This document shows, one piece after another, positions 37,544 to 51,941 of a stretch of DNA of 64,000 bases; positions within the stretch are counted from its first letter, which is position 1, and the number at the start of each line of letters is the position of its first letter. This DNA comes from the human T2T-CHM13v2.0 reference genome, Homo sapiens: the NCBI RefSeq assembly GCF_009914755.1, contig NC_060947.1. The stretch is one strand, 5' to 3'. Below the pieces are notes generated by a model, which was not told the origin of the DNA, did no database searches, and saw only the letters and a program-made list of their open reading frames with translations. Made by a program: the position numbers and the translations under genes.

Positions 37544-40500
37544 GGCTTCTATATCGTTTTTAGGAGAAGATATTTCCTATTCCAACACAGTCCTCCAAGC
37601 CCGCTAAATATCCACTTGCACATTGTAGAAAAAGTGTGTCGAAGCTGCGCTATCAAAGGGAAAGTTCAACTCTGTGAGGTGAATGCAAACATCCCAAAGA
37701 AGTTTCTGAGAATGCTTCCGTTTAGCTTTTACCTGAAGATTATCCCGTTTCCAACGAAAGCTTCAAAGAGGTCCAAATATCCCCTTGCGGATCCCACAGA
37801 AAGAGTGTTTCGAAACTGCTGTTTCAAAAGGAATCTTCAACTCTGTGAGTTGAATGCAATCATCACAAAGAAGTTTCTGACAATGCTTCTCTCTCGTCTT
37901 TCTGTGAAGATAAAGGAAAAGGCTTTCAGGCCTTTTCCACCACAGGCCTGAAAGCGCTCCAAATGTCCACTTGCAGATTCTGCCAAAAGAATATTTCAAA
38001 ACTGCTCTATGAAAAGCAATGTTAAACTCTGCGGCTCGAACACAAACATCACAAAGCAGTTTCTGAGAATGCTTCAGTTTAGTTTTTCTGTGGAAATATT
38101 CCCGTTTCCAAAGAAATCTTCAAAGAGGTCCACGTATCCACTTACAGATTCTACAAAAAGACAGTTTCAAAACTGCTCAATCAAAAGGAGGGTTCAACTG
38201 TGTGACTTGAATGCAATCATCACTCAGAACTTTCTGAGAATGCTTCTCTTTAGTTTTTACGTGAACATATACCCGTTTCGAACGAAGGCCACCCAGTGGT
38301 CCAAATATCCACTTGCAGATTCTACAGAAAGAGTGTTTCGAACCTGAACTCTCAAAGGCAGGTTCATCTCTGCGAGTTAAATGCATTCGTCATGAAGAAC
38401 TTTCTCAGCGTGTTTGTGTTTAGTTATGGGAAATTATTCCCGTTCCCAACGAAATCCTCAGAGAGGTCCAAATGTCCACCTGCAGATTCTACCAAAAGTG
38501 TATTTGGAAACTGCTCCATCAACAGGCATGTTCAGCTCTGTGAGTGAAACTCCATCATCACAAAGAACATTCTGAGAATGCTTCCGTTTGCCTTTTATAT
38601 GAAGTTCCTTCCTATACGACCGTAGGCCTCAAAGCAGTCCAAATCTCCATTTGCAGATTCTACAAAAAGAGTGATTCCAATCTGCTCTATCAATAGGATT
38701 GTTCAACTCCATGAGTTGAATGCCATCCTCACAAAGTCGTTTCTGAGAATGCTTCTATCTAGTTTTTATGTGAAGATATTTCCTTTTGCACCACAGGCCT
38801 CAAAGCCCTCCAAACGTCCACTTGCACATTCTCGAAAAAGACTGTTTCATAGCTGCTCTTTCAAAAGGAAAGTTCAACTCTGGGAGTTGAATACAAACAT
38901 CACAAAGTAATTTCCGAGAATGCTTCTGTTTAGTTCTTATGTGAAGATGATCCCGTTTCCAGTGAAATCTTCAAAGAGGTCCACATATCCCCTTGCAGAT
39001 TCCAAAGAAAGAGGGTTTCAAAACTGCTCCATCAAAAGGATTGTTCAACTCTGTGAGTTGAATGCAGTCATCGCAGAAAACTTTCTGAGAATGCTTCTGT
39101 CTAGGTTTGATGTGAAGATATAGACGTTTCAAACGAAGGCTACAAAGTGGTCAAAATATACACTTGCAGATTCTACTACAAGGGTGTTGCAAACCTGAAC
39201 TATCAAAGGAAGGTTCAACTCTGTGGGTTGAATACAAACATCGCAAAGAATGCTCTGAGTTTGCTTCCGTTCAGTTATGGGAAGTTGATCCCCTTCCCAA
39301 CGAAATCCTCAGAGAGGTCCAAATATCCCCTTGCAGATTCTACAAAACGTGTGTTTGGAAACTGCTCCATCATAACGAATGTTCAGCTCTCTGAGTTAAA
39401 CTCCATCGTCACAAAGAATTTTCTGAGAGTGCTACCGTCTAGTTTTTATATGAAGTTCTTTCCTTTACTACCACGGGCCTCAAAGCGGTCCAAATCTCCA
39501 CTTGCAGATTCTACAAAAAGAGTGTCTGCAAACTGCTCTATCAAAAGGAATGTTCAACTCTGGGAGTTGAATGCAATCATCACAGAGCAGTTTCTGAGAA
39601 GGCTTCTATGTCGTTTTTAGGAGAAGATATTTCCTTTTCCAACACAGTCCTCCAAGCCCGCTAAATATCCACTTGCACATTGTAGAAAAAGTGTGTCGAA
39701 GCTGCGCTATCAAAGGGAAAGTTCAACTCTGTGAGGTGAATGCAAACATCCCAAAGAAGTTTCTGAGAATGCTTCCGTTTAGCTTTTAGGTGAAGATTAT
39801 CCCGTTTCCAACGAAAGCTTCAAAGAGGTCCAAATATCCCCTTGCGGATCCCACAGAAAGAGTGTTTCGAAACTGCTGTTTCAAAAGGAATCTTCAACTC
39901 TGTGAGTTGAATGCAATCATCACAAAGAAGTTTCTGACAATGCTTCTCTCTCGTCTTTCTGTGAAGATAAAGGAAAAGGCTTTCAGGCCTTTTCCACCAC
40001 AGGCCTGAAAGCGCTCCAAATGTCCACTTGCAGATTCTGCCAAAAGAATATTTCAAAACTGCTCTATGAAAAGCAATGTTAAACTCTGCAGCTCGAACAC
40101 AAACATCACAAAGCAGTTTCTGAGAATGCTTCAGTTTAGTTTTTCTGTGGAAATATTCCCGTTTCCAAAGAAATCTTCAAAGAGGTCCACGTATCCACTT
40201 ACAGATTCTACAAAAAGACAGTTTCAAAACTGCTCAATCAAAAGGAGGGTTCAACTGTGTGACTTGAATGCAATCATCACTCAGAAGTTTCTGAGAATGC
40301 TTCTCTTTAGTTTTTACGTGAACATATACCCGTTTCGAACGATGGCCACCCAGTGGTCCAAATATCCACTTGCAGATTCTACAGAAAGAGTGTTTCGAAC
40401 CTGAACTCTCAAAGGCAGGTTCATCTCTGCGAGTTAAATGCATTCGTCATGAAGAACTTTCTCAGCGTGTTTGTGTTTAGTTATGGGAAATTATTCCCGT

Positions 40501-43500
40501 TCCCAACGAAATCCTCAGAGAGGTCCAAATGTCCACCTGCAGATTCTACCAAAAGTGTATTTGGAAACTGCTCCATCAACAGGCATGTTCAGCTCTGTGA
40601 GTGAAACTCCATCATCACAAAGAACATTCTGAGAATGCTTCCGTTTGCCTTTTATATGAAGTTCCTTCCTATACGACCGTAGGCCTCAAAGCAGTCCAAA
40701 TCTCCATTTGCAGATTCTACAAAAAGAGTGATTCCAATCTGCTCTATCAATAGGATTGTTCAACTCCATGAGTTGAATGCCATCCTCACAAAGTCGTTTC
40801 TGAGAATGCTTCTATCTAGTTTTTATGTGAAGATATTTCCTTTTCCACCACAGGCCTCAAAGCCCTCCAAACGTCCACTTGCACATTCTCGAAAAAGACT
40901 GTTTCATAGCTGCTCTTTCAAAAGGAAAGTTCAACTCTGGGAGTTGAATACAAACATCACAAAGTAGTTTCCGAGAATGCTTCTCTTTAGTTCTTATGTG
41001 AAGATGATCCCGTTTCCAGTGAAATCTTCAAAGAGGTCCACATATCCCCTTGCAGATTCCAAAGAAAGAGGGTTTCAAAACTGCTCCATCAAAAGGATTG
41101 TTCAACTCTGTGAGTTGAATGCAGTCATCACAGAAAACTTTCTGAGAATGCTTCTGTCTAGGTTTGATGTGAAGATATAGACGTTTCAAACGAAGGCTAC
41201 AAAGTGGTCAAAATATACACTTGCAGATTCTACTACAAGGGTGTTGCAAACCTGAACTATCAAAGGAAGGTTCAACTCTGTGGGTTGAATACAAACATCG
41301 CAAAGAATGCTCTGAGTTTGCTTCCGTTCAGTTATGGGAAGTTGATCCCCTTCCCAACGAAATCCTCAGAGAGGTCCAAATATCCCCTTGCAGATTCTAC
41401 AAAACGTGTGTTTGGAAACTGCTCCATCATAACGAATGTTCAGCTCTCTGAGTTAAACTCCATCGTCACAAAGAATTTTCTGAGAGTGCTACCGTCTAGT
41501 TTTTATATGAAGTTCTTTCCTTTACTACCACGGGCCTCAAAGCGGTCCAAATCTCCACTTGCAGATTCTACAAAAAGAGTGTCTGCAAACTGCTCTATCA
41601 AAAGGAATGTTCAACTCTGGGAGTTGAATGCAATCATCACAGAGCAGTTTCTGAGAAGGCTTCTATGTCGTTTTTAGGAGAAGATATTTCCTTTTCCAAC
41701 ACAGTCCTCCAAGCCCGCTAAATATCCACTTGCACATTGTAGAAAAAGTGTGTCGAAGCTGCGCTATCAAACGGAAAGTTCAACTCTGTGAGGTGAATGC
41801 AAACATCCCAAAGAAGTTTCTGAGAATGCTTCCGTTTAGCTTTTAGGTGAAGATTATCCCGTTTCCAACGAAAGCTTCAAAGAGGTCCAAATATCCCCTT
41901 GCGGATCCCACAGAAAGAGTGTTTCGAAACTGCTGTTTCAAAAGGAATGTTCAACTCTGTGAGTTGAATGCAATCATCACAAAGAAGTTTCTGACAATGC
42001 TTCTCTCTCGTCTTTCTGTGAAGATAAAGGAAAAGGCTTTCAGGCCTTTTCCACCACAGGCCTGAAAGCGCTCCAAATGTCCACTTGCAGATTCTGCCAA
42101 AAGAATATTTCAAAACTGCTCTATGAAAAGCAATCTTAAACTCTGCGGCTCGAACACAAACATCACAAAGCAGTTTCTGAGAATGCTTCAGTATAGTTTT
42201 TCTGTGGAAATATTCCCGTTTCCAAAGAAATCTTCAAAGAGGTCCACGTATCCACTTACAGATTCTACAAAAAGACAGTTTCAAAACTGCTCAATCAAAA
42301 GGAGGGTTCAACTGTGTGACTTGAATGCAATCATCACTCAGAAGTTTCTGAGAATGCTTCTCTTTAGTTTTTACGTGAACATATACCCGTTTCGAACGAA
42401 GGCCAACCAGTGGTCCAAATATCCACTTGCAGATTCTATAGAAAGAGTGTTTCGAACCTGAACTCTCAAAGGCAGGTTCATCTCTGCGAGTTAAATGCAT
42501 TCGTCATGAAGAACTTTCTCAGCGTGTTTGTGTTTAGCTGTGGGAAATTATTCCCGTTCCCAACGAAATCCTCAGAGAGGTCCAAATGTCCACCTGCAGA
42601 TTCTACCAAAAGTGTATTTGGAAACTGCTCCATCAAAAGGCGTGTTCAGCTCTGTGAGTGAAACTCCATCATCACAAAGAATATTCTGAGAATGCTTCCG
42701 TTTGCCTTTTATATGAAGTTCCTTCCTATACGACCGCAGGCCTCAAAGCAGTCCAAATCTCCATTTGCAGATTCTACAAAAAGAGTGATTCCAATCTGCT
42801 CTATCAATAGGATTGTTCAACTCCATGAGTTGAATGCCATCCTCACAAAGTCGTTTCTCAGAATGCTTCTATCTAGTTTTTATGTGAAGATATTTCCTTT
42901 TCCACCACAGGCCTCAAAGCCCTCCAAACGTCCACTTGCAGATTCTCGAAAAAGAGTGTTTCATAGCTGCTCTTTCAAAAGGAAAGTTCAACTCTGGGAG
43001 TTGAATACAAACATCACAAAGTAGTTTCCGAGAATGCTTCTGTTTAGTTCTTATGTGAAGATGATCCCGTTTCCAGTGAAATCTTCAAAGAGGTCCACAT
43101 ATCCCCTTGCAGATTCCAAAGAAAGAGGGTTTCAAAACTGCTCCATCAAAAGGATTGTTCAACTCTGTGAGTTGAATGCAGTCATCGCAGAAAAGTTTCT
43201 GAGAATGCTTCTGTCTAGGTTTGATGTGAAGATATAGACGTTTCAAACGAAGGCTACAAAGTGGTCAAAATATACACTTGCAGATTGTACTACAAGGGTG
43301 TTGCAAACCTGAACTATCAAAGGAAGGTTCAACTCTGTGGGTTGAATACAAACATCGCAAAGAATGTTCTGAGTTTGCTTCCGTTCAGTTATGGGAAGTT
43401 GATCCCCTTCCCAACGAAATCCTCACAGAGGTCCAAATATCCCCTTGCAGATTCTACAAAACGTGTGTTTGGAAACTGCTCCATCATAACGAATGTTCAG

Positions 43501-46500
43501 CTCTCTGAGTTAAACTCCATCGTCACAAAGAATTTTCTGAGAGTGCTACCGTCTAGTTTTTATATGAAGTTCTTTCCTTTACTACCACAGGCCTCAAAGC
43601 GGTCCAAATCTCCACTTGCAGATTCTACAAAAAGAGTGTCTGCAAACTGCTCTATCAAAAGGAATGTTCAACTCTGGGAGTTGAATGCAATCATCACAGA
43701 GCAGTTTCTGAGAATGCTTCTATGTCGTTTTTAGGAGAAGATATTTCCTATTCCAACACAGTCCTCCAAGCCCGCTAAATATCCACTTGCACATTGTAGA
43801 AAAAGTGTGTCGAAGCTGCGCTATCAAAGGGAAAGTTCATCTCTGTGAGGTGAATGCAAACATCCCAAAGAAGTTTCTGAGAATGCTTCCGTTTAGCTTT
43901 TACCTGAAGATTATCCCGTGTCCAACGAAAGCTTCAAAGAGGTCCAAATATCCCCTTGCGGATCCCACAGAAAGAGTGTTTCGAAACTGCTGTTTCAAAA
44001 GGAATCTTCAACTCTGTGAGTTGAATGCAATCATCACAAAGAAGTTTCTGACAATGCTTCTCTCTCGTCTTTCTGTGAAGATAAAGGAAAAGGCTTTCAG
44101 GCCTTTTCCACCACAGGCCTGAAAGCGCTCCAAATGTCCACTTGCAGATTCTGCCAAAAGAATATTTCAAAACTGCTCTATGAAAAGCAATGTTAAACTC
44201 TGCGGCTCGAACACAAACATCACAAAGCAGTTTCTGAGAATGCTTCAGTTTAGTTTTTCTGTGGAAATATTCCCGTTTCCAAAGAAATCTTCAAAGAGGT
44301 CCACGTATCCACTTACAGATTCTACAAAAAGACAGTTTCAAAACTGCTCAATCAAAAGGAGGGTTCAACTGTGTGACTTGAATGCAATCATCACTCAGAA
44401 GTTTCTGAGAATGCTTCTCTTTAGTTTTTACGTGAACATATACCCGTTTCGAACGAAGGCCACCCAGTGGTCCAAATATCCACTTGCAGATTCTACAGAA
44501 AGAGTGTTTCGAACCTGAACTCTCAAAGGCAGGTTCATCTCTGCGAGTTAAATGCATTCGTCATGAAGAACTTTCTCAGCGTGTTTGTGTTTAGTTATGG
44601 GAAATTATTCCCGTTCCCAAAGAAATCCTCAGAGAGGTCCAAATGTCCACCTGCAGATTCTACCAAAAGTGTATTTGGAAACTGCTCCATCAACAGGCAT
44701 GTTCAGCTCTGTGAGTGAAACTCCATCATCACAAAGAACATTCTGAGAATGCTTCCGTTTGCCTTTTATATGAAGTTCCTTCCTATACGACCGTAGGCCT
44801 CAAAGCAGTCCAAATCTCCATTTGCAGATTCTACAAAAAGAGTGATTCCAATCTGCTCTATCAATAGGATTGTTCAACTCCATGAGTTGAATGCCATCCT
44901 CACAAAGTCGTTTCTGAGAATGCTTCTATCTAGTTTTTATGTGAAGATATTTCCTTTTCCACCACAGGCCTCAAAGCCCTCCAAACGTCCACTTGCACAT
45001 TCTCGAAAAAGAGTGTTTCATAGCTGCTCTTTCAAAAGGAAAGTTCAACTCTGGGAGTTGAATACAAACATCACAAAGTAGTTTCCGAGAATGCTTCTGT
45101 TTAGTTCTTATGTGAAGATGATCCCGTTTCCAGTGAAATCTTCAAAGAGGTCCACATATCCCCTTGCAGATTCCAAAGAAAGAGGGTGTCAAAACTGCTC
45201 CAACAAAAGGATTGTTCAACTCTGTGAGTTGAATGCAGTCATCGCAGAAAACTTTCTGAGAATGCTTCTGTCTAGGTTTGATGTGAAGATATAGACGTTT
45301 CAAACGAAGGCTACAAAGTGGTCAAAATATACACTTGCAGATTCTACTACAAGGGTGTTGCAAACCTGAACTATCAAAGGAAGGTTCAACTCTGTGGGTT
45401 GAATACAAACATCGCAACGAATGCTCTGAGTTTGCTTCCGTTCAGTTATGGGAAGTTGATCCCCTTCCCAACGAAATCCTCAGAGAGGTCCAAATATCCC
45501 CTTGCAGATTCTTCAAAACGTGTGTTTGGAAACTGCTCCATCATAACGAATGTTCAGCTCTCTGAGTTAAACTCCATCGTCACAAAGAATTTTCTGAGAG
45601 TGCTACCGTCTAGTTTTTATATGAAGTTCTTTCCTTTACTACCACGGGCCTCAAAGCGGTCCAAATCTCCACTTGCAGATTCTACAAAAAGAGTGTCTGC
45701 AAACTGCTCTATCAAAAGGAATGTTCAACTCTGGGAGTTGAATGCAATCATCACAGAGCAGTTTCTGAGAAGGCTTCTATGTCGTTTTTAGGAGAAGATA
45801 TTTCCTTTTCCAACACAGTCCTCCAAGCCCGCTAAATATCCACTTGCACATTGTAGAAAAAGTGTGTCGAAGCTGCGCTATCAAAGGGAAAGTTCAACTC
45901 TGTGAGGTGAATGCAAACATCCCAAAGAAGTTTCTGAGAATGCTTCCGTTTAGCTTTTAGGTGAAGATTATCCCGTTTCCAACGAAAGCTTCAAAGAGGT
46001 CCAAATATCCCCTTGCGGATCGCACAGAAAGAGTGTTTCGAAACTGCTGTTTCAAAAGGAATCTTCAACTCTGTGAGTTGAATGCAATCATCACAAAGAA
46101 GTTTCTGACAATGCTTCTCTCTCGTCTTTCTGTGAAGATAAAGGAAAAGGCTTTCAGGCCTTTGCCACCACAGGCCTGAAAGCGCTCCAAATGTCCACTT
46201 GCAGATTCTGCCAAAAGAATATTTCAAAACTGCTCTATGAAAAGCAATGTTAAACTCTGCGGCTCGAACACAAACATCACAAAGCAGTTTCTGAGAATGC
46301 TTCAGTTTAGTTTTTCTGTGGAAATATTCCCGTTTCCAAAGAAATCTTCAAAGAGGTCCACGTATCCACTTACAGATTCTACAAAAAGACAGTTTCAAAA
46401 CTGCTCAATCAAAAGGAGGGTTCAACTGTGTGACTTGAATGCAATCATCACTCAGAAGTTTCTGAGAATGCTTCTCTTTAGTTTTTACGTGAACATATAC

Positions 46501-49500
46501 CCGTTTCGAACGAAGGCCACCCAGTGGTCCAAATATCCACTTGCAGATTCTACAGAAAGAGTGTTTCGAACCTGAACTCTCAAAGGCAGGTTCATCTCTG
46601 CGAGTTAAATGCATTCATCATGAAGAACTTTCTCAGAGTGTTTGTGTTTAGTTATGGGAAATTATTCCCGTTCCCAACGAAATCCTCAGAGAGGTCCAAA
46701 TGTCCACCTGCAGATTCTACCAAAAGTGTATTTGGAAACTGCTCCATCAACAGGCATGTTCAGCTCTGTGAGTGAAACTCCATCATCACAAAGAATATTC
46801 TGAGAATGCTTCCGTTTGCCTTTTATATGAAGTTCCTTCCTATACGACCGTAGGCCTCAAAGCAGTCCAAATCTCCATTTGCAGATTCTACAAAAAGAGT
46901 GATTCCAATCTGCTCTATCAATAGGATTGTTCAACTCCATGAGTTGAATGCCATCCTCACAAAGTCGTTTCTGAGAATGCTTCTATCTAGTTTTTATGTG
47001 AAGATATTTCCTTTTCCACCACAGGCCTCAAAGCCCTCCAAACGTCCACTTGCAGATTCTCGAAAAAGAGTGTTTCATAGCTGCTCTTTCAAAAGGAAAG
47101 TTCAACACTGGGAGTTGAATACAAACATCACAAAGTAGTTTCCGAGAATGCTTCTGTTTAGTTCTTATGTGAAGATGATCCCGTTTCCAGTGAAATCTTC
47201 AAAGAGGTCCACATATCCCCTTGCAGATTCCAAAGAAAGAGGGTTTCAAAACTGCTCCATCAAAAGGATTGTTCAACTCTGTGAGTTGAATGCAGTCATC
47301 ACAGAAAACTTTCTGAGAATGCTTCTGTCTAGGTTTGATGTGAAGATATAGACGTTTCAAACGAAGGCTACATAGTGGTCAAAATATACACTTGCAGATT
47401 CTACTACAAGGGTGTTGCAAACCTGAACTATCAAAGGAAGGTTCAACTCTGTGAGTTGAATACAAACATCACAAAGAATGTTCTGAGTTTGCTTCCGTTC
47501 AGTTATGGGAAGTTGATCCCATTCCCAACGAAATCCTCAGAGAGGTCCAAATATCCCCTTGCAGATTCTACAAAACGTGTGTTTGGAAACTGCTCCATCA
47601 TAACGAATGTTCAGCTCCCTGAGTTAAACTCCATCGTCACAAAGAATTTTCTGAGAGTGCTACCGTCTAGTTTTTATATGAAGTTCTTTATTTTACTACC
47701 ACAGGCCTCAAAGCGGTCCAAATCTCCACTTGCAGATTCTACAAAAAGAGTGTCTGCAAACTGCTCTATCAAAAGGAATGTTCAACTCTGGGAGTTGAAT
47801 GCAATCATCACAGAGCAGTTTCTGAGAATGCTTCTATGTCGTTTTTAGGAAAACATATTTCCTTTTCCAACACAGTCCTCCAAGCCCGCTAAATATCCAC
47901 TTGCACATTGTAGAAAAAGTGTGTCAAAGCTGTGCTATCAAAAGGAAAGTTCAACTCTGTGAGGTGAATGCAAACATCCCAAAGAAGTTTCTGAGAATGC
48001 TTCCATTTAGCTTTTAGGTGAAGATTATCCCGTTTGCAACGAAATCTTCAAAGAGGTCCAAATATCCCCTTGCGGATCCCACAGAAACAGTGTTTCAAAA
48101 CTGCTGTTGCAAAAGGAATCTTCAACTCTGTGAGTTGAATGCAATCATCACAAAGAAGTTTCTGACAATGCTTCTCTCTCGTCTTTCTGTGAAGATAAAG
48201 GAAAAGGCTTTCAGGCCTTTTCCACCACAGGCCTGAAAGCGCTCCAAATGTCCACTTGCAGATTCTGCCAAAAGAATATTTCAAAACTGCTCTATGAAAA
48301 GCAATGTTAAACTCTGCGGCTCGAACACAAACATCACAAAGCAGTTTCTGAGAATGCTTCAGTTTAGTTTTCTCTGGAAATATTCCCGTTTCCAAAGAAA
48401 TCTTCAAAGAGGTCCGCGTATCCTCTTACAGATTCTACAAAAAGACAGTTTCAAAACTGCTCAATCAAAAGGAGGGTTCAACTGTGTGACTTGAATGCAA
48501 TCATCACTCAGAACTTTCTGAGAATGCTTCTCTTTAGTTTTTACGTGAACATATACCCGTTTCGAACGAAGGCCACCCAGTGGTCCAAATATCCACTTGC
48601 AGATTCTACAGAAAGAGTGTTTCGAACCTGAACTCTCAAAGGCAGGTTCATCTCTGCGAGTTAAATGCATTCATCATGAAGAACTTTCTCAGAGTGTTTG
48701 TGTTTAGTTATGGGAAATTATTCCCGTTCCCAACGAAATCCTCAGAGAGGTCCAAATGTCCACCTGCAGATTCTACCAAAAGTGTATTTGGAAACTGCTC
48801 CATCAACAGGCATGTTCAGCTCTGTGAGTGAAACTCCATCATCACAAAGAATATTCTGAGAATGCTTCCGTTTGCCTTTTATATGAAGTTCCTTCCTATA
48901 CGACCGTAGGCCTCAAAGCAGTCCAAATCTCCATTTGCAGATTCTACAAAAAGAGTGATTCCAATCTGCTCTATCAATAGGATTGTTCAACTCCATGAGT
49001 TGAATGCCATCCTCACAAAGTCGTTTCTGAGAATGCTTCTATCTAGTTTTTATGTGAAGATATTTCCTTTTCCACCACAGGCCTCAAAGCCCTCCAAACG
49101 TCCACTTGCAGATTCTCCAAAAAGAGTGTTTCATAGCTGCTCTTTCAAAAGGAAAGTTCAACACTGGGAGTTGAATACAAACATCACAAAGTAGTTTCCG
49201 AGAATGCTTCTGTTTAGTTCTTATGTGAAGATGATCCCGTTTCCAGTGAAATCTTCAAAGAGGTCCACATATCCCCTTGCAGATTCCAAAGAAAGAGGGT
49301 TTCAAAACTGCTCCATCAAAAGGATTGTTCAACTCTGTGAGTTGAATGCAGTCATCGCAGAAAACTTTCTGAGAATGCTTCTGTCTAGGTTTGATGTGAA
49401 GATATAGACGTTTCAAACGAAGGCTACATAGTGGTCAAAATATACACTTGCAGATTCTACTACAAGGGTGTTGCAAACCTGAACTATCAAAGGAAGGTTC

Positions 49501-51851
49501 AACTCTGTGAGTTGAATACAAACATCACAAAGAATGTTCTGAGTTTGCTTCCGTTCAGTTATGGGAAGTTGATCCCGTTCCCAACGAAATCCTCAGAGAG
49601 GTCCAAATATCCCCTTGCAGATTCTACAAAACGTGTGTTTGGAAACTGCTCCATCATAACGAATGTTCAGCTCTCTGAGTTAAACTCCATCGTCACAAAG
49701 AATTTTCTGAGAGTGCTACCGTCTAGTTTTTATATGAAGTTCTTTATTTTACTACCACAGGCCTCAAAGCGGTCCAAATCTCCACTTGCAGATTCTACAA
49801 AAAGAGTGTCTGCAAACTGCTCTATCAAAAGGAATGTTCAACTCTGGGAGTTGAATGCAATCATCACAGAGCAGTTTCTGAGAATGCTTCTATGTCGTTT
49901 TTAGGAAAACATATTTCCTTTTCCAACACAGTCCTCCAAGCCCGCTAAATATCCACTTGCACATTGTAGAAAAAGTGTGTCAAAGCTGTGCTATCAAAAG
50001 GAAAGTTCAACTCTGTGAGGTGAATGCAAACATCCCAAAGAAGTTTCTGAGAATGCTTCCGTTTAGCTTTTAGGTGAAGATTATCCCGTTTGCAACGAAA
50101 TCTTCAAGGAGGTCCAAATATCCCCTTGCGGATCCCACAGAAAGAGTGTTTCGAAACTGCTGTTTCAAAAGGAATCTTCAACTCTGTGAGTTGAATGCAA
50201 TCATCACAAAGAAGTTTCTGACAATGCTTCTCTCTCGTCTTTCTGTGAAGATAAAGGAAAAGGCTTTCAGGCCTTTTCCACCACAGGCCTGAAAGCGCTC
50301 CAAATGTCCACTTGCAGATTCTGCCAAAAGAATATTTCAAAACTGCTCTATGAAAAGCAATGTTAAACTCTGCGGCTCGAACACAAACATCACAAAGCAG
50401 TTTCTGAGAATGCTTCAGTTTAGTTTTTCTGTGGAAATATTCCCGTTTCCAAAGAAATCTTCAAAGAGGTCCACGTATCCACTTACAGATTCTACAAAAA
50501 GACAGTTTCAAAACTGCTCAATCAAAAGGAGGGTTCAACTGTGTGACTTGAATGCAATCATCACTCAGAAGTTTCTGAGAATGCTTCTCCTTAGTTTTTA
50601 CATGAACATATACCCGTTTCGAACGAAGGCCACCCAGTGGTCCAAATATCCACTTGCAGATTCTACAGAAAGAGTGTTTCGCACCTGAACTCTCAAAGGC
50701 AGGTTCATCTCTGCGAGTTAAATGCATTCGTCATGAAGAACTTTCTCAGCGTGTTTGTGTTTAGTTATGGGAAATTATTCCCGTTCCCAACGAAATCCTC
50801 AGAGAGGTCCAAATGTCCACCTGCAGATTCTACCAAAAGTGTATTTGGAAACTGCTCCATCAACAGGCATGTTCAGCTCTGTGAGTGAAACTCCATCATC
50901 ACAAAGAATATTCTGAGAATGCTTCCGTTTGCCTTTTATATGAAGTTCCTTCCTATACGACCGTAGGCCTCAAAGCAGTCCAAATCTCCATTTGCAGATT
51001 CTACAAAAAGAGTGATTCCAATCTGCTCTATCAATAGGATTGTTCAACTCCATGAGTTGAATGCCATCCTCACAAAGTCGTTTCTGAGAATGCTTCTATC
51101 TAGTTTTTATGTGAAGATATTTCCTTTTCCACCACAGGCCTCAAAGCCCTCCAAACGTCCACTTGCAGATTCTCGAAAAAGAGTGTTTCATAGCTGCTCT
51201 TTCAAAAGGAAAGTTCAACTCTGGGAGTTGAATACAAACATCACAAAGTAGTTTCCGAGAATGCTTCTGTTTAGTTCTTATGTGAAGATGATCCCGTTTC
51301 CAGTGAAATCTTCAAAGAGGTCCACATATCCCCTTGCAGATTCCAAAGAAAGAGGGTTTCAAAACTGCTCCATCAAAAGGATTGTTCAACTCTGTGAGTT
51401 GAATGCAGTCATCGCAGAAAACTTTCTGAGAATGCTTCTGTCTAGGTTTGATGTGAAGATATAGACGTTTCAAACGAAGGCTACAAAGTGGTCAAAATAT
51501 ACACTTGCAGATTGTACTACAAGGGTGTTGCAAACCTGAACTATCAAAGGAAGGTTCAACTCTGTGGGTTGAATACAAACATCACAAAGAATGTTCTGAG
51601 TTTGCTTCCGTTCAGTTATGGGAAGTTGATCCCGTTCCCAACGAAATCCTCAGAGAGGTCCAAATATCCCCTTGCAGATTCTACAAAACGTGTGTTTGGA
51701 AACTGCTCCATCATAACGAATGTTCAGCTCTCTGAGTTAAACTCCATCGTCACAAAGAATTTTCTGAGAGTGCTACCGTCTAGGTTTTATATGAAGTTTT
51801 TTCCTTTACTACCACAGGCCTCAAAGCGGTCCAAATCTCCACTTGCAGATC
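37544..51851. repeat. 14,398-bp (7-HOR) tandem duplication, copy 1
   Basis: ORF translations match at offset 14,398: 37616/52014, 40066/54464, 42692/57090, 43787/58185, 45091/59489, 48048/62446. Confidence 0.92.
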
Positions 51852-51941
51852 CTACAAAAAGAGTGTCTGCAAACTGCTCTATCAAAAGGAATGTTCAACT
51901 CTGGGAGTTGAATGCAATCATCACAGAGCAGTTTCTGAGAA

